Positions 46,890 through 55,703 of a DNA stretch of 64,000 nt are shown here, in pieces. The stretch lies in IMG/VR virus record IMGVR_UViG_2795386012_000004, one strand, 5' to 3'. The stretch is from a virus. Under the pieces are notes generated by a model, which worked only from the letters and a program-made list of their open reading frames with translations, was not told where the DNA came from and did no database searches. The number at the start of each line of letters is the position of its first letter. Positions within the stretch are counted from its first letter, which is position 1. A program made the translations under genes and the position numbers.

Positions 46890-47176
46890 GCGCGCGCATT
46901 GAGACCTACTCATTGGCGCAGGTTGTGGCTGACGTGCTGCCCGAGGAATGGACCGATGGTGAGCGCTGGTTGCGGCGCCGACTGAATCGCGGCGAGATCG
47001 AGGGCTACAAGGTCGGCCGCGAGTGGCGATTCACGAAGGCCCAAGTTGATGCGCTGATCGCGCACTTCACCAATGCCAAAACGGAGGTGGCCGCGCCTGA
47101 GGAAGATACCGAGTCCGAGGCGCCGCTGGCGCTGGGTCTCTCCGCGCGATCACGTCGACGGCTGGTGAACGCATGA
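46886..47176 (+). CDS. excisionase-like HTH protein
   Basis: GEIEGYKVGREWRFTKAQVDALI; ATGA overlap with cro-like gene. Confidence 0.5.
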   Translation: MSARIETYSLAQVVADVLPEEWTDGERWLRRRLNRGEIEGYKVGREWRFTKAQVDALIAHFTNAKTEVAAPEEDTESEAPLALGLSARSRRRLVNA

Positions 47177-47550
47177 CCGCCCGCCCGGAAACGCTCGAGG
47201 CAGCATTGGCGGCACTCGACCGCGTGAGCGCCGATCGCGATCGGCTGCTGCAGAAGTCGGACGCCGAGCCGGATTCGAAGAAGCTCGCGGGTGAGCTGAT
47301 CTCAATGATCGGTACCTACTACAACGCTGCCAACAGCGGTGATCAGCGGGTGCTGATTCTGAATCTCGGTCAACTGCTGCGGCAGTCCGGCGCGCTCATC
47401 GATGCGTTGACGACCGAGCTCAAGCACTGCGCCGACGCCGAGTGCGCGGCGCGCGATGAGCGCGACGCGCTGCAGGAGCGGGTCGCGGAGCTTTCCGACG
47501 AGATCGCGGACCTGCGGACGCGTGAGTGCGCAAGGTCGGTGTCGCTGTGA
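47173..47550 (+). CDS. hypothetical coiled-coil protein
   Basis: 125-aa ORF, ATGA overlap. Confidence 0.45.
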   Translation: MTARPETLEAALAALDRVSADRDRLLQKSDAEPDSKKLAGELISMIGTYYNAANSGDQRVLILNLGQLLRQSGALIDALTTELKHCADAECAARDERDALQERVAELSDEIADLRTRECARSVSL

Positions 47551-47810
47551 TCGCCGCCGATAGCGCTCTGGGAATCGTGTTCGGCTTGGCTGTCGAGTTC
47601 CTGCGTGGCGCAGCGTCTTCCACGGCAACGGTATGTCAGCGGCTGGCTGAGCAGCGCGGCGGCCCCGTGGAGGTGTCGCACGCCGACCTGGAGTCGCACG
47701 TCTACTCCAGCCTGGCTGGGCCGGGTGGATTGAGCTCCTCCGTCGCCGAGGCATTCGCGGAATGTGTCGCCGCTGACCTGCTGGATGAGTACCGCATCAC
47801 CAAGAAGTAG
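47547..47810 (+). CDS. hypothetical protein
   Basis: GTGA overlap start. Confidence 0.35.
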   Translation: MIAADSALGIVFGLAVEFLRGAASSTATVCQRLAEQRGGPVEVSHADLESHVYSSLAGPGGLSSSVAEAFAECVAADLLDEYRITKK

Positions 47811-47867
47811 GCCCCGCTGCTGGAACAGCGGGGCCAGGCAATGGATCACAACGGAGAGAGGAACCCA

Positions 47868-48152
47868 ATGCCAACCATGGAGTCTACCCACGAGATCAAG
47901 GAACGCGAGGACGGCGCACTGGTCGCGTACGTCGAGCGGGCGCTGGGGCCGAGTCAGGTGGGTGTTGCGTTGCCGCATCCTGCCGGTGATGGATGGCTGA
48001 CGATCCTGTGGGACGAGAAGGCCCAGAGTGCGGAATTCACGGCGCACGCTGCGGGTCCACGTTGCGACGAGAAGGCGCGGGAAGCCGCCCGCCAGCTGCT
48101 CGAATTTCACGCCGCAATCATCGCGCGTCTTGTTGCGGCGGTGGAGAAGTGA
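47868..48152 (+). CDS. hypothetical protein
   Basis: ATG with GAGAGGA RBS. Confidence 0.4.
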   Translation: MPTMESTHEIKEREDGALVAYVERALGPSQVGVALPHPAGDGWLTILWDEKAQSAEFTAHAAGPRCDEKAREAARQLLEFHAAIIARLVAAVEK

Positions 48153-48538
48153 GCGCCACGGCAGTGCGGCGCGTTCTGATCGGGATGCTCACGGGCGCGG
48201 TGCTGGGAATGGCTGCGGTCGGGTACGCCCAGCGCGCGCATGCCGCACCGAACGACGGCTGCGAGACAGTGAGCTGGGGCCTGGTCGGCAGCCAGTTGCG
48301 GACGATCTGCGACGGCCCGAAGCGCCCTGACGGCAGCTGGATTCGGGAGCGCCGGATTTGGACGGCCGCCGGCTGGGTGCGGGGCAGCACCTACTGCGGC
48401 TACTACTCGTGCACTCGCAGCGAGGGCTACTACCGCCAGGAAAGCACGCAGGGCTACGAGAAGTACCTGGTGTTCGACTACAACGTGGTTCCCGGTGAGC
48501 CGGATTGGCTGCCGGCCGGAACGGTGGTGGTGCGGTGA
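48149..48538 (+). CDS. secreted small protein with signal peptide
   Basis: MLTGAVLGMAAVGYAQRAHA-APNDG signal-peptide-like N-terminus; 4 Cys. Confidence 0.45.
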   Translation: MSATAVRRVLIGMLTGAVLGMAAVGYAQRAHAAPNDGCETVSWGLVGSQLRTICDGPKRPDGSWIRERRIWTAAGWVRGSTYCGYYSCTRSEGYYRQESTQGYEKYLVFDYNVVPGEPDWLPAGTVVVR

Positions 48539-48729
48539 CGGCGCTGCAGCCGGTTTGGACACCGGCCGATTACGACACGACTGTGGCGGCGCTCAAGCTG
48601 CACCAGGCGGTTTCAGTCCCTGGCGGGGTAATCCTGCCGCCGAAGCGGGGGCGCAGGTACCGGGGGCAGCACCGCGCCAGCAAGTTCCGGCCGACCGTCG
48701 CAGATCTTCGGGACGGTGGTCTCCGGTGA
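48535..48729 (+). CDS. hypothetical small protein
   Basis: GTGA-coupled 64-aa ORF. Confidence 0.3.
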   Translation: MTALQPVWTPADYDTTVAALKLHQAVSVPGGVILPPKRGRRYRGQHRASKFRPTVADLRDGGLR

Positions 48730-49022
48730 ACACCCCATACGTGCCTGTCGGAAACGTGAAGATCGAGAACGGGTTGGTTGATGTGCGCGTGGACCCCCGG
48801 ACCGGATTCGTGGTGGCCACCATCGAGGATGAACGAGGCCGACTGGCGGCGAGCGCGGTTCTCACCCCGGAAGCGGTTCTTGAGCTCACCAAACTTATGG
48901 CTCGCGCATCCGCGATCGCCCCGAGTATCAAGGCGGCGCACGAGGTTCGGATGCGGGCCCGAGCAACGGCCGAGGACACCTACGACCGCATCGTGAACCG
49001 CGCAGTCGGCGGTGTGCGGTGA
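48726..49022 (+). CDS. hypothetical protein
   Basis: GTGA overlap start VNTPYVPVGN. Confidence 0.4.
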   Translation: MNTPYVPVGNVKIENGLVDVRVDPRTGFVVATIEDERGRLAASAVLTPEAVLELTKLMARASAIAPSIKAAHEVRMRARATAEDTYDRIVNRAVGGVR

Positions 49023-49291
49023 GGCGGCCCGGGGTGGACCAGTCGTACGAAACCGACCTCGATCGTGTGGCCGAGGATGCGCTCGACCTTGTCGCAAGGC
49101 TTCGTGAGGACGATCCACGCCGGGTATTTGAGCAGCTTCGGCTCCTGGCAGAGCTGCACCCGGCTAAGTATGCGCAGATCGCGATGGCGCTCGCGGCGTT
49201 CGTCAATCCCGACGAGGGCACGGTTGCGTTGCAGCGCCGGGTCGACGCCATCGCAGAAAACCGTGCTCACCTCTCGGTAATGGCGTCATGA
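49019..49291 (+). CDS. hypothetical protein
   Basis: 90-aa ORF. Confidence 0.4.
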   Translation: MRRPGVDQSYETDLDRVAEDALDLVARLREDDPRRVFEQLRLLAELHPAKYAQIAMALAAFVNPDEGTVALQRRVDAIAENRAHLSVMAS

Positions 49292-49473
49292 CGCGCGCAC
49301 TGGCGGTCGCCGCCTGGGCGTTCGGGCTGGTGGCGTGGGGAGCACTCGTCATGTTCTGCATCGAACTGTTTGCGGTCGCCCTGTTGCTTTGCGCCGCATC
49401 GATCTTGCTGTGGGGCTTCCGGCTTTACCCGGACCCCGCCGACCAATCAGAAGAGACAGGGGTGAACCGGTGA
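49288..49473 (+). CDS. small membrane protein
   Basis: 61 aa, two hydrophobic helices. Confidence 0.4.
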   Translation: MTRALAVAAWAFGLVAWGALVMFCIELFAVALLLCAASILLWGFRLYPDPADQSEETGVNR

Positions 49474-49625
49474 TGGCGTACGAGTACGAGGCCGAGGAGT
49501 GGCGGGCAGCCACGCACACGATGACGGAAATGGAGCGCGCCGCAGCGGATGTCGCGCGGCGCGGAGCGCTCGGCATGGCCGGTGACCGCACCGACGCTCT
49601 CGACGAAATGAGGAGCTACCAGTGA
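49474..49625 (+). CDS. small hypothetical protein (50 aa)
   Basis: MAYEYEAEEWRAATHTMTEMERAA..; coupled start/stop overlaps. Confidence 0.3.
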
Positions 49626-50629
49626 CCGATACCCCATTTTGGGCCACCTATGCCGAGCTGGCTGGCGACTACAAGGATCGTGACGAATGGCTTGAGTTGC
49701 GGCGCACTGGTATCGGGTCGTCGGACTGCTCAGCAGTTCTCGGGATGGGCAAGTACGGTTCGCCGTTCTCCGTGTGGGTCGAGAAGACAGGCCGAGCCCG
49801 CCCGGAGGACGAAACCGAGGCGATGATGTGGGGCACGCTGCTGGAGCCCGTGATCCGCGAGGAGCTGGCCCGCCGCCTCAACGTGGAAATCGTTGAGTGC
49901 AAGACGCTGCGGTCGCAGGTGCGGCCCTGGCAGCTGTACAACCCGGACGGTCTGATCCTCTCGCTCAACGCCCTCGTAGAGATCAAAAATGCGTCGGCAT
50001 GGCTGGCAGCTGACTGGGAAGACCAGGTGCCAGATCACGCGGAACTGCAGGTGCAGCACGGGATGGCGGTCACCGGCGCTGACGGAGCTTACGTGGCCGG
50101 CCTGGTGGGTGGAAACCGGTTGCGCTGGGAGTACATCCCGCGTGACGAGGACCTGATCGCCACGATCAATCAGGCCGAGCAGCACCTATGGGAGACATAC
50201 ATCATCCCCGATGTCGCACCGCCGATCGACGGCTCGGACGCAACCGCGGAGGCCATCGCCGCACGCTGGCCGCGGCAGCCGGGAGTGGAGCTGATCGCAG
50301 AAGCCCCCGCCTCGGTGGCCGATGCCGTCTCGGCCTATCGCTGCGCCCTCACGCAGGAGAAGGCGTCGAAGGTGGCCAAAGCAGAAGCGGTGAACCGGTT
50401 AGCCGCGCTGCTGCAGGGCGCTGACGTGCTCACAGATGAGGTGGGCAACAAGTTGGTTGCACTCAAGCGAGGCCAGTTCCGAGAGAAGGAATTCCGCGCT
50501 GAGGAGCCTGACGCGGACCTGTGGCTCCACAAGGTCGAGGTCGTCGACCGCGACCTCCTCAAGTCCGAAAACCCCGAGCTATATCGGCGTTTTCAATCCA
50601 CATCCATCTACATACCGAAAGGGAAATAA
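49622..50629 (+). CDS. YqaJ-like viral recombinase-family exonuclease
   Basis: GIGSSDCSAVLGMGKYGSPFSVWVEKTG and PD-(D/E)XK-type residues; precedes RecT. Confidence 0.7.
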   Translation: MTDTPFWATYAELAGDYKDRDEWLELRRTGIGSSDCSAVLGMGKYGSPFSVWVEKTGRARPEDETEAMMWGTLLEPVIREELARRLNVEIVECKTLRSQVRPWQLYNPDGLILSLNALVEIKNASAWLAADWEDQVPDHAELQVQHGMAVTGADGAYVAGLVGGNRLRWEYIPRDEDLIATINQAEQHLWETYIIPDVAPPIDGSDATAEAIAARWPRQPGVELIAEAPASVADAVSAYRCALTQEKASKVAKAEAVNRLAALLQGADVLTDEVGNKLVALKRGQFREKEFRAEEPDADLWLHKVEVVDRDLLKSENPELYRRFQSTSIYIPKGK

Positions 50630-50634
50630 CCACC

Positions 50635-51684
50635 ATGGCAAGAGATCTGGCACGACGCGCACAACAGTCGGTCGCCCAGCAGGGCGGCGGAGAGTCGCTA
50701 CAGACCCAGCTCGCGAAGATGGAAACGCAGTTTCAACGGGCCATGCCACGAGGAGTGGAAGCCGTACAGCTGATCCGTGACGTGATGACGTGTGTGAAGC
50801 AGACGCCGAAGCTGGCAGAGTGCGACCCGGTATCTGTGTTGGGCTCGGCGATGACATGCGCACAGCTAGGTTTGCGCCCGGGTGTGGGCGCATTGGGCCA
50901 CGCGTGGATTTTGCCATTCTGGGACAGCAAGACTCGCGGCCAAAAGGCCCAACTGATCATCGGATACAAGGGCTACGTCGAGCTCGGTCACCGCTCCGAG
51001 CAGATCGCATCACTGCACTCACGGATCGTGTACAGCAACGATCAGTTCGAGGTCGAATACGGTGCGGCCGAGGACAAGTGGGTGCACCGCCCCAATCTGG
51101 ACGGCCCGCGGGGAGATGCCCGCCTGTTCTACGCGGTTGGTCGCCTGGCCAACGGCGGTTACTCGCTGACCGACCCGATGACGGTCGCGGACATGGAGGA
51201 ACATCGAGACAAGTTCGCCATGGCCAAGACCCGCGAAGGCAAGATCATCGGTCCGTGGTCGGATCATTTCGACGCCATGGGCAAGAAGACGATGCTGTTG
51301 CGGCTGATGGCGTTGATGCCGAAGTCAACGGAGATTCAGCGGGCCATCGACAACGACGGCAGTGTGCGCCTGGACCTTTCTGAGGGTGCGATCGACAGCC
51401 CGACCCATATCGACGGCGAGGTTGTCGGTGAGCCGGTGGACGAACCGACACCCGAGCGGGAGTCAATCGATGTTCACGTCCTGATGGCGACGGGTCAGCA
51501 ACTTTCCCGGCTGGCGCAGATCCGGAAAGAGCAGGGATTCGCCGCTGACGATTCCGGCTGGTTCGACTACGTGCTGTCGGCTACCCAGGCGCGGATCAGC
51601 CGGGATCAGGAACTCACGCAGGAGCAGGCCCAATCGTTGATCGACCTCTTCAACGACGACGCGAAGCAGGAGGCCGGCAAGTGA
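50635..51684 (+). CDS. recT: RecT-family single-strand annealing protein
   Basis: ATG 50635 with AAGGGAAA RBS; RecT-like core (CAQLGLRPG.. IIGYKGYVEL). Confidence 0.75.
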   Translation: MARDLARRAQQSVAQQGGGESLQTQLAKMETQFQRAMPRGVEAVQLIRDVMTCVKQTPKLAECDPVSVLGSAMTCAQLGLRPGVGALGHAWILPFWDSKTRGQKAQLIIGYKGYVELGHRSEQIASLHSRIVYSNDQFEVEYGAAEDKWVHRPNLDGPRGDARLFYAVGRLANGGYSLTDPMTVADMEEHRDKFAMAKTREGKIIGPWSDHFDAMGKKTMLLRLMALMPKSTEIQRAIDNDGSVRLDLSEGAIDSPTHIDGEVVGEPVDEPTPERESIDVHVLMATGQQLSRLAQIRKEQGFAADDSGWFDYVLSATQARISRDQELTQEQAQSLIDLFNDDAKQEAGK

Positions 51685-52751
51685 GCATCACCGTAGCAAC
51701 GAAGAAACTGATCGAAGTCCTGACCGACGCGCTCGCCGTGAGCAATGGGACAGGTGGAGGGGTTCACCTCACCACTACCCGCGGGCCGTGGCGCGAGGAA
51801 CCCGGTGACGTGGATCTGCTGGTTGCGACATCGACCACCAGGAACGTCCTTGGGCATACCTGGATTCCGGTCGACGGCCGGATCGACCCGATGGTGTGGC
51901 CCTGCCAGTCGGTGAAAGACGTGTTGACGCTGTGCAAGTCGTGGCTGAAGGGCGACGAACACACCGTCGATATCGATCTGGAATTGGCCGACCCGCCCGA
52001 GAACAAGAAGGACGATGGGCACCCCGGTTGGACCATCAAGCTGACCGAGACTCCAGCACTGTTCGACTCGGACAACACCATTAAGTTCCATGCGCACCAC
52101 GGTTCTCGGTTCCCCCTCGAACTGGTCAATCGGATTCGGACAGGCCGGTTCCCGGTGAGAGACGACTACGAGGAGGTGCCGCTGACACTGTGGTCGGCTG
52201 CGGTGTTGTCGCCGCTGGTGAAGGTCGCTAAACGCCGGAACATGCAGATCCAAATGTTCCGCTCGCCGGAACGACTACTACAGCTCGTGCAGATCGGCGA
52301 CACCTGGATCGGCGCGGCCACCCCCGGCGTACCCCTGCCAGGAGACCCGACCGACGAGCCGAGCATCGAACCGGTACTGGGCGCAGAAGACGACCTCGTT
52401 GCCGCGTTGAAGGAGATGAAGCGCAGCGGCATCTCCGTCTCAGTCGAGAACCCGCAAGGCGTGCTTGGCGAGGTCGTGGCTGACGCGGCCGACAAGTTGG
52501 CCGGCGGCGCCGGCTCGCGGGAGCTGTTGCGGCAGGCCGTGGAGCTGATAACCACCACACAATTCGTGTCGGCCGCCAACCTGCAGCGCAAGCTCAACGT
52601 CGGATTCGCAAAGGCTGAATGGATTCTCGCCGAGCTGACCGCGGCAGGAATCGTGACAGCTGCCGAGGGTAGCAGCGCACGTAAGGCACTGTTCGGGCCC
52701 GCCCAGGTGGCCGAGGCGCTCCAAGCGCTCGAGAACGCGAGCGAGCAGTGA
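51681..52751 (+). CDS. hypothetical protein with C-terminal FtsK-gamma-like winged helix
   Basis: ELITTTQFVSAANLQRKLNVGFAKAEWILAELTAAGIV resembles FtsK gamma domain. Confidence 0.45.
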   Translation: MSITVATKKLIEVLTDALAVSNGTGGGVHLTTTRGPWREEPGDVDLLVATSTTRNVLGHTWIPVDGRIDPMVWPCQSVKDVLTLCKSWLKGDEHTVDIDLELADPPENKKDDGHPGWTIKLTETPALFDSDNTIKFHAHHGSRFPLELVNRIRTGRFPVRDDYEEVPLTLWSAAVLSPLVKVAKRRNMQIQMFRSPERLLQLVQIGDTWIGAATPGVPLPGDPTDEPSIEPVLGAEDDLVAALKEMKRSGISVSVENPQGVLGEVVADAADKLAGGAGSRELLRQAVELITTTQFVSAANLQRKLNVGFAKAEWILAELTAAGIVTAAEGSSARKALFGPAQVAEALQALENASEQ

Positions 52752-53179
52752 CCACACCGACGCTGCCAGACACCTCCGAGGCGGTGTTCTTTGTTCCGGG
52801 CAAGCCCGCCCCGCAGGGCAGCAAGAGGCATGTGGGTCGCGGCATCTTGGTTGAGTCGTCGAAAGAGGTTGGGCCGTGGCGCGAACGGGTCGCGCTCGTG
52901 GCCCACGGGGCAATGGCTGGCCGCCCCATATTCGACGGGCCAGTGTCGGTCACACTCCAATTCGTCCTGCCACGGCCGAAATCCGCGCCGAAGACGCGGA
53001 CGCCGGCGGCGACCAAGCGGCCCGACTTGGACAAGCTGGAACGCGCGATCCTCGACGCTCTCACCGATGTGTGTTTCTCCGACGACTCGCAGGTGGTGAG
53101 CCTGTCCGGCTACAAGCGGATCGCCGAGCTGGGGGAGACGGCCGGCGTCGAGGTCCGCGTAGAGGGCTTCGGATTATGA
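52748..53179 (+). CDS. rusA: RusA-family Holliday junction resolvase
   Basis: VFFVPGKPAPQGSKRH..PDLDKLERAILDALT pattern. Confidence 0.7.
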   Translation: MTTPTLPDTSEAVFFVPGKPAPQGSKRHVGRGILVESSKEVGPWRERVALVAHGAMAGRPIFDGPVSVTLQFVLPRPKSAPKTRTPAATKRPDLDKLERAILDALTDVCFSDDSQVVSLSGYKRIAELGETAGVEVRVEGFGL

Positions 53180-53418
53180 GCCTGAGGTGGCGCGGCCACA
53201 GCGAGATCATCGGTGCCCTAGTCGCGGTCGGTCTGCGCGGCACCTACATGGTTCAGAGCGTCGGCCGCGAATGGATCCTGCAGGGTGTCGGGCACGACGG
53301 CCTGCCCATGCTGGCATTGCCCGCGGAGGGTAAGGCGTTCGCCGCGTTGCATACCGCGCAGCTGTACGCCATCGAGCTCGACGGCGCGCACGCCGAAGCC
53401 CAGGCATCGGGGGTGTGA
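53176..53418 (+). CDS. hypothetical protein
   Basis: ATGA-coupled 80-aa ORF. Confidence 0.4.
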   Translation: MSLRWRGHSEIIGALVAVGLRGTYMVQSVGREWILQGVGHDGLPMLALPAEGKAFAALHTAQLYAIELDGAHAEAQASGV

Positions 53419-53744
53419 CAGTGGCGCAACTCGCAGACGCCCTCAACGCGATCGACCGCGGCGCAGTGCTGGGCATCCTCGGCGCAGCCGACACCGTGCT
53501 GGCCACCAAGCAGCTCGCCGAACGGCAGAGCAAGGCAATCACCACGATCCGGGAACTACACAGGCCGATCAACTTGGTCACCTGCGCGGAGTGCGGCGAC
53601 ACCACTGACGGCTGCGTATGCGAAGACGAGACAGCGTCGACCACCTCTCGGGCGGTGTGCGAGGAATGCGGCCAGGACGAAGACGGGGAGTGGACCGAGC
53701 ACCCGTGCGCGACCGTCCGCGCGATCGATGAGGCAGGTGCGTGA
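53415..53744 (+). CDS. Cys-rich hypothetical protein
   Basis: CAECGDTTDGCVCED..CEECGQDEDGEWTEHPC. Confidence 0.4.
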   Translation: MTVAQLADALNAIDRGAVLGILGAADTVLATKQLAERQSKAITTIRELHRPINLVTCAECGDTTDGCVCEDETASTTSRAVCEECGQDEDGEWTEHPCATVRAIDEAGA

Positions 53745-55315
53745 TGAGCACACACATATCGCTGACCGACTTCTTCTGCGGTGCAGGCGGTTCCAGCACG
53801 GGCGCGATTCAGGTGCCGGGTGTATCGGTCCGGTGCGCGGCGAACCACTGGCAGCTGGCGGTGGATACGCACAATGCCAATCACCCGGACGCCGATCACT
53901 ATTGCGCGGATCTGTCGCAGATCCACCCGAAGTACTTTCCTAAGACGACATTCGGTTGGTTCTCTCCCGAGTGCACGAACCACTCACAGGCCAAGGGCCA
54001 GAAGCGGATAGACGCCCAGCCCGATCTGTTTGGCGACACGCTGCCTGACGAAGCCGCAGAGCGCTCGCGGGCAACCATGTGGGATGTCGTGCGGTTCTCG
54101 GAGTATCACCGCTACGAGGTGGTGTTCGTCGAGAACGTCGTCGAGGCAGCCAAGTGGGCACCGTTCCAAGCATGGCTAGCCGCAATGGACAGCCTCGGCT
54201 ACGACCACCGTCTCGTCATGCTGAATTCAATGCACGCCCAACTGGGCGGGCCCGGAGCACCGCAGTCCCGTGACCGCCTGTATGTCGTGTTCTGGCGCCG
54301 TACGAACCGAGCCCCGGACCTTGAGCGGGTGGTCCGGCTTCGGGCGATCTGCCCCGACTGCGGGCCCGTCAACGCCATGCAGGTATTCAAGAAACCCGGC
54401 AACACCGTCGGTCGGTACCGCCAGCAGTACATGTACCGCTGCCCAAACGTCAAGTGCCGCAACCAGGTCATAGAACCCGTCGTGCGTGCGGCCGAAGAGA
54501 TTATCGACTGGTCACTGCTGGGTGAACGCCTCGGGGACAAGCCGATCAAGAAGTTCGTCGACAAGAAAACCGGCGAAGTGAGCTACGGGCCACTGGCACC
54601 CAAGACCATGGCCCGAGTACACGCCGGCATCGACCGGTACTGGCTGCCGCTGCTGGTGCCCGTTGAAGGGCGCGAGGGTAAGGAGGCGCGGCCCGTTTCC
54701 GAGCCCGTACGGACGATGACGACCCGCAACGAAACGGGACTGCTGGTGCCGTGCGGGGGCACCTGGCGCGAAGACGCCGCGCCGACTAGCGAGCCGTTCT
54801 CCACTCGCACCACCCGGGAAACCGACGGGCTGGCATTCATCGCCGAACTACGTGGCGGCAGTAGCGACGCACGGCCCGTGGCGCACCCACTGGCCACCGT
54901 CACGGCCTCGGGTAATCATCACGCGCTCGTCACCACCTACAACGGCAAGGGCCGCACCGTGACGGGCAACGAACCGCTATCGACGGTGACGACCCGCGAT
55001 CGGCATGCGCTGCTGATGCGCAACAACACCCCGCGTGGCAACCCAGCCCAGATGGTCACGCCTGTATCTGAACCGATGCGCACCTTGACCACCGAGGGAC
55101 ACCAGTCGTTGTTGAGCGCCGAGCGCCCCACGATCGATATCGGTGATGTCCGATTCCGAATGCTGGAACCGCACGAGCAGAAGCGCGCCATGGACTTTCC
55201 GGCCGACTACGTGATCAAGGGCAATCGGCGCGAGCAGGCGCGCCAGGCTGGAAATGCTGTCACCCCGCCATCATCACGGGATCTGATCACTGTGGGAGTG
55301 GAGAGCCTGAGATGA
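53744..55315 (+). CDS. DNA (cytosine-5)-methyltransferase-like protein
   Basis: Motif I FFCGAGGSS, catalytic region FSPECT, motif VI ENV (VVFVENVVE). Confidence 0.7.
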   Translation: MSTHISLTDFFCGAGGSSTGAIQVPGVSVRCAANHWQLAVDTHNANHPDADHYCADLSQIHPKYFPKTTFGWFSPECTNHSQAKGQKRIDAQPDLFGDTLPDEAAERSRATMWDVVRFSEYHRYEVVFVENVVEAAKWAPFQAWLAAMDSLGYDHRLVMLNSMHAQLGGPGAPQSRDRLYVVFWRRTNRAPDLERVVRLRAICPDCGPVNAMQVFKKPGNTVGRYRQQYMYRCPNVKCRNQVIEPVVRAAEEIIDWSLLGERLGDKPIKKFVDKKTGEVSYGPLAPKTMARVHAGIDRYWLPLLVPVEGREGKEARPVSEPVRTMTTRNETGLLVPCGGTWREDAAPTSEPFSTRTTRETDGLAFIAELRGGSSDARPVAHPLATVTASGNHHALVTTYNGKGRTVTGNEPLSTVTTRDRHALLMRNNTPRGNPAQMVTPVSEPMRTLTTEGHQSLLSAERPTIDIGDVRFRMLEPHEQKRAMDFPADYVIKGNRREQARQAGNAVTPPSSRDLITVGVESLR

Positions 55316-55443
55316 CGGATAGCCCGATCTGCATCTGCGGCGATCACTTCTCGCAGCACGTCGGCGACGTCAATCCCCGGTCGGTTCTGTCGGATTGCCC
55401 CGGATTCGAAGCCGACCCGAAAGCGAACGGAGACAACCAATGA
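55312..55443 (+). CDS. small Cys-containing protein (43 aa; not in ORF track)
   Basis: MTDSPICICGDHFSQH..; ATGA overlaps at both ends. Confidence 0.3.
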   Translation: MTDSPICICGDHFSQHVGDVNPRSVLSDCPGFEADPKANGDNQ

Positions 55444-55703
55444 GCGATCCCTTGTTCACTGCTGCCAAGCTGCTCGAATCACACGGCTACGCGGTCGTGG
55501 AGCTGCCGAAGCCGGTTGGGGTCAACGGCACTGACAACACCGTGTGGCTGAGTGACCCGTACATCGAGCAGGAATTCAACGGCGACATAACCATTTCCGA
55601 CAGGCTGGGTATCGATGCCGACGAGCTGGAGGACGTCGCCGCCGCGCTGCTCGCCGCCAGCCGCCGGCACCAGGAGGAGGCGCGGCTATGGGGTGCCGGA
55701 TGA
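55440..55703 (+). CDS. hypothetical protein
   Basis: 87-aa acidic ORF. Confidence 0.4.
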   Translation: MSDPLFTAAKLLESHGYAVVELPKPVGVNGTDNTVWLSDPYIEQEFNGDITISDRLGIDADELEDVAAALLAASRRHQEEARLWGAG

